This document shows positions 16,609 through 24,115 of a stretch of DNA of 32,000 nucleotides, piece by piece. The DNA lies in NCBI RefSeq assembly GCF_042660085.1, contig NZ_JBHSTI010000008.1:480001-512000 (forward strand). Reading direction: 5' to 3'. The notes beneath the pieces were generated by a model. The model was not told where the DNA came from. It did not search any database and saw only the letters and a program-made list of their open reading frames with translations. The position numbers were made by a program, and so were the translations under genes. Numbering within the stretch: the stretch's first letter is position 1; each line of letters opens with the position of its first letter. This DNA is from Longivirga aurantiaca. Lineage in GTDB: Bacteria; Actinomycetota; Actinomycetes; S36-B12; CAIYMF01.

Positions 16609-16655
16609 AGGGCGTGCGCGGCCCGGTCCGCCGTGAGTCGCCGTCCGCGGTTGCC

Positions 16656-16661
16656 TACGCT
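16656..16661 (+). promoter_or_regulatory. -10-like TACGCT, 6 nt before ATG 16668
   Basis: TACGCTcggaccATG. Confidence 0.5.
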
Positions 16662-16667
16662 CGGACC

Positions 16668-17597
16668 ATGACCGGGATGTCGCAGGAACTGCCGCGCACC
16701 GCCGACGACCTCCTCGCCGCGATGCTGCCGCCGTGGCCGCGGCGGGACGTGGTGCTCAGCAACGGGACCTTCTCCGTGCGAGAGGCGCCGCCGCTCGACC
16801 CGTCGACCGCGGAGCCGGCGCTGTTCGTGCACGGCCTCGGTGGCAGCGCCACCAACTGGACCGACCTCATGGCTCTCCTGCGCGATCGGCTCGATGGTGT
16901 CGCGGTGGAGCTGCCCGGCTTCGGATGGTCGCCGCCGCCGCGCGACGGCGACTGGACGCCGAAGCGCAGCGCCGAGTCGCTCGCCGAGCTCATCGAGGTG
17001 CGCTTCGAGGGTCGCCCCGTCCACCTCTTCGGCAACTCGATGGGCGGGGCCGTCGCGGTGCAGCTCGCGGCCCGCCGCCCCGACCTCGTGCGCACGCTGA
17101 CCCTCATCAGCCCGGCGCTCCCGAAGACCGGCGTGCGCCGCTCCAACGCGCACCTGCCCGTCATCGCGGTGCCGGGCATCGGCACCCGGCTGATGAACCG
17201 CTACCTCCAGCTCGAACCGCACCGCCGCGCCCGCGCGACCGTCGACGTCTGCTTCGCCGACCCCAGCTCGGTGCCCGAGACACGGATGCTGGAGGCGGTC
17301 GCGGAGGTCAAGCGGCGCGACCAGCTGCCCTACGTCGCCGACGCGTTCCTGCAGTCGCTGAGGGGCCTCCTCGCGACGTACCTCGACCGCAGCCCCGAGA
17401 AGCCGTGGAAGCTGGCCGAGACGATCACCTGCCCGACGCTGCTGGTGTACGGCCGGCGCGACAAGCTGGTCGACCCGATCCACGCGCACACCAAGGCGTT
17501 CCCCGACGTCCGCGTGGTGGTGCTGCCGCACGCCGGCCACGTCTCCCAGATCGAGCAGCCCGTCCTCGTCATGGAGGCCTTCCGCCACCTGCTCTAG
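16668..17597 (+). CDS. alpha/beta hydrolase (lipase/esterase-like)
   Basis: ATG 16668 lies 6 nt after TACGCT (16656-16661). HGLGGS oxyanion region, nucleophile elbow LFGNSMGG, C-terminal PHAGH. Confidence 0.85.
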   Translation: MTGMSQELPRTADDLLAAMLPPWPRRDVVLSNGTFSVREAPPLDPSTAEPALFVHGLGGSATNWTDLMALLRDRLDGVAVELPGFGWSPPPRDGDWTPKRSAESLAELIEVRFEGRPVHLFGNSMGGAVAVQLAARRPDLVRTLTLISPALPKTGVRRSNAHLPVIAVPGIGTRLMNRYLQLEPHRRARATVDVCFADPSSVPETRMLEAVAEVKRRDQLPYVADAFLQSLRGLLATYLDRSPEKPWKLAETITCPTLLVYGRRDKLVDPIHAHTKAFPDVRVVVLPHAGHVSQIEQPVLVMEAFRHLL

Positions 17598-17664
17598 CCC
17601 GGTGGAGGTTCGCGATGAAGGGGGCCTTCGTTGCTAAGAGCGCGACAAAGTCGGCCTTCATCGC
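17591..17664 (+). repeat. GATGAAGG-N33-CCTTCATC element, copy 2
   Basis: GATGAAGG at 17614-17621 and CCTTCATC at 17655-17662, with the same 41-nt offset as copy 1. It shares the internal blocks AGAGC and ACAAA at the same offsets. GCTCTAGC (17591-17598) can pair with GCTAAGAGC (17633-17641). Confidence 0.6.
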
Positions 17665-17746
17665 AGACGTCGTCCCCGGGGAGGGTGTGTCCGGGCGGGT
17701 GTCCCGGGCGCGTGGCGCAGGCCGGGAGGTGGGGAGTTCGGTCTAG
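17615..17746 (+). CDS. candidate small ORF (43 aa), unverified
   Basis: ATG 17615 lies 6 nt after GGAGG (17604-17608). The peptide is MKGAFVAKSATKSAFIADVVPGEGV.... Its stop TAG sits inside the GGTCTAGACC palindrome. Codon bias is not decisive. Confidence 0.2.
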   Translation: MKGAFVAKSATKSAFIADVVPGEGVSGRVSRARGAGREVGSSV

Positions 17747-17750
17747 ACCA
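17739..17750. promoter_or_regulatory. HutC/GntR-type operator copy 1 (CGGTCTAGACCA)
   Basis: Palindromic core GGTCTAGACC. Its centre lies ~47 nt upstream of the leaderless start at 17792 (-10 TACCGT at 17779-17784). Confidence 0.6.
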
Positions 17751-17778
17751 TTTCCGGGTCATCGGCGGGAGGGGCCGG

Positions 17779-17784
17779 TACCGT
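17779..17784 (+). promoter_or_regulatory. -10-like TACCGT, 7 nt before GTG 17792
   Basis: TANNNT at a fixed offset. The operator copy lies 28 nt upstream. Confidence 0.5.
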
Positions 17785-17791
17785 TTGGCCC

Positions 17792-20293
17792 GTGACTGAG
17801 CCGGTGTCCCGCGCCCTGCCCGCCCGTGCCCGCATCGTCGTCATCGGGGGAGGCGTCGGCGGCAGCTCGGTGGCCTACCACCTCGCCCTGGCCGGCGAGC
17901 GCGACGTCGTCGTGCTCGACCGCCACGAGCTCACGAGCGGGTCGACGTTCCACTCGGCCGGGCTCGTGGGCCAGCTGAGGTCGGACCCGACGCTGACGGC
18001 GATGAACCGCTACAGCGTCGAGCTCTACCGCTCGCTGCAGGCCGGTGACAACCCGCCAGGCTGGGTCGAGTGCGGCTCGATCCGGCTCGCGTCGTCGAAG
18101 GAGCGGTGGGAGGAGATCTCGCGGCAGGCCGGATGGGCGGCGACGTCGGGCCTCGAGCTCCAGCAGATCTCGGCGTCCGAGGCGCAGGAGCTGTTCCCGC
18201 TCATGGTCACCGACGGGGTCGTGGGCGCGGCGTACCTGCCGACCGACGGCCAGGTCGACCCTTCCCAGCTCACCTACTCGCTCGCGGCCGGTGCCCGTGC
18301 GATGGGCGTGCAGTTCCACACGCACACAAGGGTTCTCGGCATCGACACCGAGGGGGCGGGTCTGCGCAGGCGCGTGACGCGCGTGCGCACGGACAAGGGC
18401 GACGTCGAGTGCGAGCTCGTCGTCGACTGCGGCGGCATGTTCGCCGCCGAGATCGCACGCATGGTCGGCGTACGCGTGCCGATCGTGCCGATGAGCCACC
18501 AGTACGTCGTGACCGAGGCGATGTTCGAGCACCGCGAGACGCCGCTGCCGTCGCTGCGCGACCCGGATCTGCTCGTCTACTACCGCCAGGAGGTCGACGG
18601 CCTGGTCATGGGCGGGTACGAGCGCCAGTCGCTCCCGTGGACCGCGTCGGCCTCCTCGTACGACCGCATCCCGGCCGACTTCAACGGCCGGCTGCTGAGC
18701 CCCGACCACGACCGCTTCGTCGAGATCAGCGAGAACGCCGTGGTGCGCGTGCCCTCCATCGCCGACGTCGGCATCCGCTCGTTCATCAACGGGCCGGAGG
18801 CGTTCACGCCCGACAACGAGTTCTGCCTGGGGCCGACCGACGTCGGCGGCTTCTTCGTCGCGGCCGGCTTCTGCGCGCACGGCATCGCCGGGGCGGGCGG
18901 CATCGGCAAGGTCATGGCCGAGTGGGTGCTCGAGGGCGCGCCGCCGATGGACCTCTGGCACATGGATGTACGCCGGTTCGGCCAGTCGTACCGCTCGCCG
19001 TCGTACACCCTCGCCCGCACGGTCGAGAACTACGAGAGCTACTACGACATCCGCTACCCCGCTCACGAGCGGACCGCGGGCCGGCCGTTGCGCACGTCGC
19101 CGGCGTACTCCTGGCACGCCGCCCACGGGGCGTCGTTCGGCGAGAAGTCCGGCTGGGAGCGCGTGAACCACTACGACCCGAACGCCGTCGACGCCGACGA
19201 GCAGTGGCGTCCCGACGGCTGGGCCGGGCGGCACTGGTCGCCCGCGGTCGTGGCCGAGCACCGCGCGACGCGCGAGGGCGTCGTGATGTTCGACGAGACG
19301 TCGTTCGCCAAGATCGAGGTCAGCGGCCCCGACGCCGCGCGCCTGCTGCAGTGGGTCTGCGACAACGACGTCGCACGCGGCCCGGGCACGGTCACCTACA
19401 CGCAGGCTCTCAACGCCAGCGGCGGCATCGAGTGCGACTTCACCGTGACGCAGCTCGACGCGCAGGTGTTCCTGATCGTCACCGGTACGGCGTTCGCGAA
19501 CCACGACGCCGCCTGGATCCGGACGCAGGCACGGCATCTGGAGGCCGATGTCCGGATCACCGACGTCACCGGGGCCTGGGCCTGCTTCGGGATCTGGGGG
19601 CCGAAGACGCGCGAGGTGCTCGCTGCCCTCACGCCGCAGAGCCTGGAGAACGACGACTTCCCGTTCCTCGCCATGCGCGAGACGACCGTCGGCGACGTGC
19701 CCGTGCGGATGGTTCGGGTGACGTTCGTGGGCGAGCTGGGGTGGGAGCTGTACTGCCCCGCGGAGTACGGCGCGAACCTCTGGCGCACCGTGTGGGAGGC
19801 CGGGGGGTCGCACGGGATCGTGGCGGGCGGCTACCGCGCGATCGACTCGCTGCGGCTCGAGAAGGGCTACCGGGTCTGGGGCGCCGACATCGATCCCGCG
19901 CACTCGCCGTACGAGGCCGGTCTCGGCTTCTGCGTGCGGCTCGGCAAGGAGGGCGGGTTCCTCGGGCGCGACGCGCTCGTCGCGCAGAAGGAGGCCGGCG
20001 TGACGCAGCGCCTCGCCTGCCTCGTGCTCGACGGCACCAAGGCGGTGGCGCTCGGCAACGAGCCCGTGCGCCTGCCGGACGGCGACGTGCTCGGGCGCAT
20101 CACGAGCGGCGGCCTGGGCTACTCCCTCGGGGCCTCGATCGCGTTCGTCTACCTGCCCGTGGGGCGCGACGGCGGCACCGACCTCACGGCCGACGGCACG
20201 CGCCTGCAGGTCGGCATCTTCGGGGAGTGGGTCGGCGCAACCGTCCGCACCGACCCGCTCTACGACCCCCGCAGCGAGCGAGTCCGCGCCTGA
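17792..20293 (+). CDS. FAD-dependent oxidoreductase fused to GcvT/aminomethyltransferase folate-binding domain (dimethylglycine/sarcosine dehydrogenase family)
   Basis: 833 aa. N-terminal dinucleotide fold IVVIGGGVGGSSVAYHL. The C-terminal half has GcvT-like GYRAIDSLRLEKGY. GTG 17792 lies 7 nt after TACCGT. Confidence 0.9.
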   Translation: MTEPVSRALPARARIVVIGGGVGGSSVAYHLALAGERDVVVLDRHELTSGSTFHSAGLVGQLRSDPTLTAMNRYSVELYRSLQAGDNPPGWVECGSIRLASSKERWEEISRQAGWAATSGLELQQISASEAQELFPLMVTDGVVGAAYLPTDGQVDPSQLTYSLAAGARAMGVQFHTHTRVLGIDTEGAGLRRRVTRVRTDKGDVECELVVDCGGMFAAEIARMVGVRVPIVPMSHQYVVTEAMFEHRETPLPSLRDPDLLVYYRQEVDGLVMGGYERQSLPWTASASSYDRIPADFNGRLLSPDHDRFVEISENAVVRVPSIADVGIRSFINGPEAFTPDNEFCLGPTDVGGFFVAAGFCAHGIAGAGGIGKVMAEWVLEGAPPMDLWHMDVRRFGQSYRSPSYTLARTVENYESYYDIRYPAHERTAGRPLRTSPAYSWHAAHGASFGEKSGWERVNHYDPNAVDADEQWRPDGWAGRHWSPAVVAEHRATREGVVMFDETSFAKIEVSGPDAARLLQWVCDNDVARGPGTVTYTQALNASGGIECDFTVTQLDAQVFLIVTGTAFANHDAAWIRTQARHLEADVRITDVTGAWACFGIWGPKTREVLAALTPQSLENDDFPFLAMRETTVGDVPVRMVRVTFVGELGWELYCPAEYGANLWRTVWEAGGSHGIVAGGYRAIDSLRLEKGYRVWGADIDPAHSPYEAGLGFCVRLGKEGGFLGRDALVAQKEAGVTQRLACLVLDGTKAVALGNEPVRLPDGDVLGRITSGGLGYSLGASIAFVYLPVGRDGGTDLTADGTRLQVGIFGEWVGATVRTDPLYDPRSERVRA

Positions 20294-20302
20294 CCGGTCA
20301 GG
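20289..20302. terminator. 14-bp perfect palindrome CCTGACCGGTCAGG spanning both convergent stop codons
   Basis: The stops at 20291-20293 (+) and 20298-20300 (-) lie inside the palindrome. Confidence 0.35.
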
Positions 20303-21086
20303 TGAGGGCGCGCAGGGTGGTGGGGGCGTCGGGCGTACGGCGGACGAGGAACGAGACGCGGTCGGGGCGGAACAGATCGCGCGCGTGCTCGACCGCGACG
20401 CCGTCGGCGTCGCGGGCGGTGCGCTCGACCAGCATGAGCGGTGTGCCCACCTCGACACCGAGCGCCGCGGCGCTGTCGAGGTCGGCGAGCGTGGGGGAGA
20501 GGTGCTCGTCGGCCGACACCGGCGGGCGGCCGTAGCGGCTGCGCAGCACGCCGTACATCGACCCGGAGAGCGAGTGGTCGGTGAGGCCGGGGAACAGCCG
20601 GGCGGGGAACCACGAGCACTCCAGCGCAAGCGGTACGCCGTTCGCGGAGCGCACGCGCACGACCTCGTACGCCTGCGCGCGTGCGGCCAGGCCGAGCGAC
20701 GCCGCGACCCCGGCCGCGGGGACCAGCCGACGAGCGGTGAGGACCCGGGCGCCCGCCCTTCGCCCCGCACGTCGTACCTGGTCGGTGAGACCGGACAGGC
20801 GGGTGAGGTCGACCTCGACGCGGGGCTCGGCGATGAATGCGCCGCCCGCGCGTCCGGCGACACGGACGAGCTCGCCGGAGGTCTCGAGCTCGGCAAGGGC
20901 CTGGCGCAGGGTCATCCGGCTCACGCCGAGGATGCCGGCGAGATCGCGCTCACCCGGGAGCCGGCGTCCGGGAAGGAGGTCGCCGCGCGAGATCGCCGCG
21001 CGCAGCCACGCGGCGATCTGCACGTGCATCGGCTCGGAGGAGCCGCGGTCGATCACCAGCGGCGCCAGCGGCAGGTCGGTGGTCAT
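20298..21086 (-). CDS. GntR-family regulator, HutC subfamily (wHTH + UTRA-like effector domain)
   Basis: 262 aa. LPGERDLAGILGVSRMTLRQALAELETSGELVRVAGRAGGAFI is the GntR wHTH. The C-terminal ~150 aa fit UTRA in length and pattern. Confidence 0.9.
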   Translation of the reverse strand: MTTDLPLAPLVIDRGSSEPMHVQIAAWLRAAISRGDLLPGRRLPGERDLAGILGVSRMTLRQALAELETSGELVRVAGRAGGAFIAEPRVEVDLTRLSGLTDQVRRAGRRAGARVLTARRLVPAAGVAASLGLAARAQAYEVVRVRSANGVPLALECSWFPARLFPGLTDHSLSGSMYGVLRSRYGRPPVSADEHLSPTLADLDSAAALGVEVGTPLMLVERTARDADGVAVEHARDLFRPDRVSFLVRRTPDAPTTLRALT

Positions 21087-21114
21087 GGTCCCCCCGGACG
21101 GACGTGTGTGCCGA

Positions 21115-21149
21115 GAGAGGGCGGCAGCCGCTGCGGCTGCCGCCCTCTC
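21115..21149 (-). terminator. 16-bp GC hairpin after the permease gene, before the GntR start
   Basis: 21115-21130 pairs perfectly with 21134-21149 (GAGAGGGCGGCAGCCG / CGGCTGCCGCCCTCTC), loop CTG. It lies 15 nt after the permease stop. There is no U tract. Confidence 0.5.
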
Positions 21150-21164
21150 CTTCTGGTGCAGTGA

Positions 21165-22820
21165 CTAGGCCTTGTCCTCGGGGTGGTGCTTCTGGTGCTC
21201 ACCCGTCAGGTAGCCGTCGTGGTGGTGCTCGAGCGCGATCTCGTCAGCCGAGGTCACACCCTCGGGCAGGTCGATCGTGTTCTTCGGGCCGGTGAACCAC
21301 TTCTTGGCCGAGAGGTGCCAGCCGATCCACAGCGCCAGGAGCGATCCGAACAGCAGGATCGGCGCGTAGTTGACGAACTTCCACTCGAAGGCCTCGTTGC
21401 CCGGAGTGCCTGCCGGGGTGACCGGGAGGATGAAGTAGATCGAGATGATGACGATCTCGAGCACCGCGATCGGTGCCATCCACTTCCACTTGTTCCCGAG
21501 GTTCCACGCGCCCTGCTTGAACTTGTCGCCCATCCGCCACCTCAGGAAGATCGGGATGGCGAAGGCGACGTACAGGCCGATGACCGCGACCGATACGACG
21601 GCGTAGAACGCCGTCGGCACGATGATCGGGGCGTCCGGGGTGCCGATGTTGACCTCGATGAGAGCCGGCAGCGTGATGAGGACGGCGACGATCGAGGAGA
21701 TGATGACCGCGTTGACGGGCACCTTGTTCTTCGACAGCGTCGCCCACCGCGAGGCTCCGGGGACCGCGCCGTCGCGGCTGAACGCGAAGAGCATGCGGGA
21801 CGTGCTGGTCATGCAGGCGACGGAGCAGAAGAACTGCCCGATCGCCGCGATGAAGAGCACGGTGCCGGCCCACTGGCTGCTGAGGGCCTGGTTGAAGATG
21901 ACCGCCACACCGCCACCGCCAGCCGTGACCGCGTCGATGTCCTGGACGGCGAACACGAAGGCGAGGAGCAGCACGTAGCCGCCGATCGCGGAGTAGAAGA
22001 TCGAGCGCCAGATGCCCTTGGCGGCGCCGTCTGCGGCGCCCTGGGTCTCCTCCGAGAGGTGGGCCGAGGCGTCGAACCCGGTGATCGTGTACTGGGTCAG
22101 CAGGAAGCCGAGCGGGAGGACGTAGAACCAGAAGAGCAGGCCGTCCGTCTCGCCGCCGTTGAGGCCGCCGGAGTTGTTGACGCGGGTCGTGAAGACCTCG
22201 TTGACGGACAGGTGCGAGTCCGGCAGGAAGATGAGGATCAGGACGACGACCGCGGCACCGACGACGTGCCACCAGACGGACACGTTGTTGATGAGCGCGA
22301 GCAGCTGGCTCGACAGCGCGTTGACGACGCCGACGAGCAGAAGGACGACCAGGAACATGATGAACACGCGCTGCAGCGAGTAGCCCGCTGCCCACGACTC
22401 GCTCACCGTGCTCAGCGCGAGGTCGATGAAGGTGGCGCAGCCGTAGGCGACCGACGCGATGACCGCGATGAGGCCGATCAGGTTGAGCCAGCCCGTGTAG
22501 TAGCCGGCCTTGGGTCCGCCGAGCTTGGCCGCCCACCAGTAGATGCCGCCCGAGGTCGGGTAGGCCGACACCAGCTCCGACATGCAGAAGCCGATGATGA
22601 GGATGAAGGCCGAGATGACCGGCCAGCCCCAGGAGATGGCGATGGGGCCACCGTTGTTCCACGCGACGCCGAACGTCGTGAAGCAGCCCGCCAGGATCGA
22701 GATGATCGAGAACGAGATGGCGAAGTTGCTGAACCCTGACCAGGTGCGGTTGAGCTCCTGCTTGTAGCCCAGTTCGGCGAGAAGCTTCTCGTCGTCGGTG
22801 AGCTTCGATGTATCAGTCAC
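21165..22820 (-). CDS. APC-superfamily amino acid/amine permease (amino acid-choline transporter type)
   Basis: 551 aa with about 12 helices. The N-terminal WSGFSNFAISFSIISILAGC and SELVSAYPTSGGIYWWA are APC signatures. GGAGG lies 6 nt upstream of GTG 22820. Confidence 0.9.
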   Translation of the reverse strand: MTDTSKLTDDEKLLAELGYKQELNRTWSGFSNFAISFSIISILAGCFTTFGVAWNNGGPIAISWGWPVISAFILIIGFCMSELVSAYPTSGGIYWWAAKLGGPKAGYYTGWLNLIGLIAVIASVAYGCATFIDLALSTVSESWAAGYSLQRVFIMFLVVLLLVGVVNALSSQLLALINNVSVWWHVVGAAVVVLILIFLPDSHLSVNEVFTTRVNNSGGLNGGETDGLLFWFYVLPLGFLLTQYTITGFDASAHLSEETQGAADGAAKGIWRSIFYSAIGGYVLLLAFVFAVQDIDAVTAGGGGVAVIFNQALSSQWAGTVLFIAAIGQFFCSVACMTSTSRMLFAFSRDGAVPGASRWATLSKNKVPVNAVIISSIVAVLITLPALIEVNIGTPDAPIIVPTAFYAVVSVAVIGLYVAFAIPIFLRWRMGDKFKQGAWNLGNKWKWMAPIAVLEIVIISIYFILPVTPAGTPGNEAFEWKFVNYAPILLFGSLLALWIGWHLSAKKWFTGPKNTIDLPEGVTSADEIALEHHHDGYLTGEHQKHHPEDKA

Positions 22821-22908
22821 GCGTCCCCTCCTTCGGGAACCCCTGTTGTCGGTCGTCGGCGGCGCCGTGACCTTGTTCGGAGTGTGTCCTTCGTGCGCTA
22901 CGGGTGTG

Positions 22909-22936
22909 CCGCGACACGCGCAAGACGGTGTCGCGG
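22909..22936 (-). other. hairpin between the kinase stop and permease start
   Basis: CCGCGACAC (22909-22917) pairs with GTGTCGCGG (22928-22936), with a 10-nt loop. Confidence 0.35.
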
Positions 22937-22965
22937 GTCTGCTGGTCTGTCCGGTGGTTGCTCCG

Positions 22966-23895
22966 TCAGGCGGAGGTACGCACCTCCTCCAGCAGGCGGC
23001 CGAAGTCCGGTCCGTCGAACTCCTCCACCGCCCTGTCGTACTTCTCCATCCCCCACGCCCAGAAGTCGAAGTCCAGGTCGCTCGTGCCGTCCTGGATCGA
23101 GGCCCACAGCATCCAGCCGTACTTGCTCATGAGCCCCCACAGGCGCGCCCGGGCCGTCAGCGCGCGGGAGGGCTCTCCGACGTACGCCGTCACCAGCCGC
23201 TCGAGGTCGTCCGGGGTGCCGGTCGCCTCGCTCCAGAGGTTGCCCACCTCGAAGAACGGGTCGTTGTTGCCGGAGTACTCGTAGTCGATGAGCCACACCC
23301 GGTCACCGGTGTCGATGACGTTGGCGGCGAGCAGGTCGTTGTTGCACGGCACCGTCGGCACCGGTCGCACGGCGAGGGCGTCGGCGATCGCCGACGCGTG
23401 GTCGGCGAAGTCGAGGTAGCGGTCGGGGAGGCGGAAGCCGCGCTCCTGGCAGAGGGCGAGGTACTGCGGCTGCAGGCGGAGCATGTCGAAGTCGTTCGCG
23501 AACCGCGGCCCGGCGTGCAGCATGCGCAGCGCCTCGGCCGCACGCGGTGCGTTCTGCGGCTCCAGGACGTCGGACGGTGACCAGGTCGACCCGTCGACGA
23601 AGCGGACGACGAGCACACTGACCTCTGGCGCGAACGCGATCACGTCGGGTGCCGCGCCCGACGCGGCCGCGGCCACGCTGTTGGCGTGCTCGGCGTCCCG
23701 GTCGATCGCCAGCAGGGCGCTCTCGGGGGAGGAGAGGCGGGCCACGAACACACCCTCGGGCGTGGTGACCTTCAGGTTGCGGTTGGTGAGGCCGCCGGAC
23801 AGGTCGGACACCTCCGTGCGGGAGGCGAGCGCGGGCACGGCGTCGAGGCGCGCGAGCATCGCCTCGGTCACCGTGTCGGGCCCGGCGTCGGGCAC
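22966..23895 (-). CDS. phosphotransferase, choline/ethanolamine kinase-type (APH fold)
   Basis: SGGLTNRNLKV (P-loop-like), catalytic loop PCNNDLLAANVI, and IDYEYSGNNDPFFEVGN (ChoK motif). GTG 23895 is preceded by GAGGAGGA. The track start at 24006 adds non-native residues. Confidence 0.8.
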   Translation of the reverse strand: MPDAGPDTVTEAMLARLDAVPALASRTEVSDLSGGLTNRNLKVTTPEGVFVARLSSPESALLAIDRDAEHANSVAAAASGAAPDVIAFAPEVSVLVVRFVDGSTWSPSDVLEPQNAPRAAEALRMLHAGPRFANDFDMLRLQPQYLALCQERGFRLPDRYLDFADHASAIADALAVRPVPTVPCNNDLLAANVIDTGDRVWLIDYEYSGNNDPFFEVGNLWSEATGTPDDLERLVTAYVGEPSRALTARARLWGLMSKYGWMLWASIQDGTSDLDFDFWAWGMEKYDRAVEEFDGPDFGRLLEEVRTSA

Positions 23896-23990
23896 GGATT
23901 CCTCCTCGGGGTCGACCGCTCGTGAGCAGCGGTCGTGTGCGTATCCACCGACGACGCTCGACGCTGAGACTCCGGGGTGGACGGGTCCGG

Positions 23991-23996
23991 AGCGTA
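23991..23996 (-). promoter_or_regulatory. -10-like TACGCT (minus strand) for the kinase-permease-GntR operon (leadered, ~88-nt UTR)
   Basis: The plus strand reads AGCGTA. It is followed on the minus strand by ccggacc. The operator copy 2 lies 30 nt upstream on that strand. Confidence 0.35.
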
Positions 23997-24026
23997 GACC
24001 CGGCACGGCGACGTCCGGGGGGTTTT

Positions 24027-24038
24027 CGGTCTAGACCG
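24027..24038. promoter_or_regulatory. HutC/GntR-type operator copy 2 (perfect palindrome CGGTCTAGACCG)
   Basis: It lies in the divergent region between the kinase operon and the GS-like gene. It shares 13 identical nt (TTCGGTCTAGACC) with copy 1. It lies ~30 nt upstream of a minus-strand TACGCT (23996-23991). Confidence 0.6.
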
Positions 24039-24115
24039 ATCCAGGTCGGCGTTTCGGGTTCCCGGCAGGCCCCGGACGCGGCAGGGTAGGCACACCCCGT
24101 CCAGGAGGACCACGC

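Noticed and set aside
23994-24000. GTAGACC half-site 27 nt from operator copy 2, considered as a second GntR site.
   Set aside because: Only the right half matches. The same bases are better explained as the minus-strand -10 hexamer TACGCT region.
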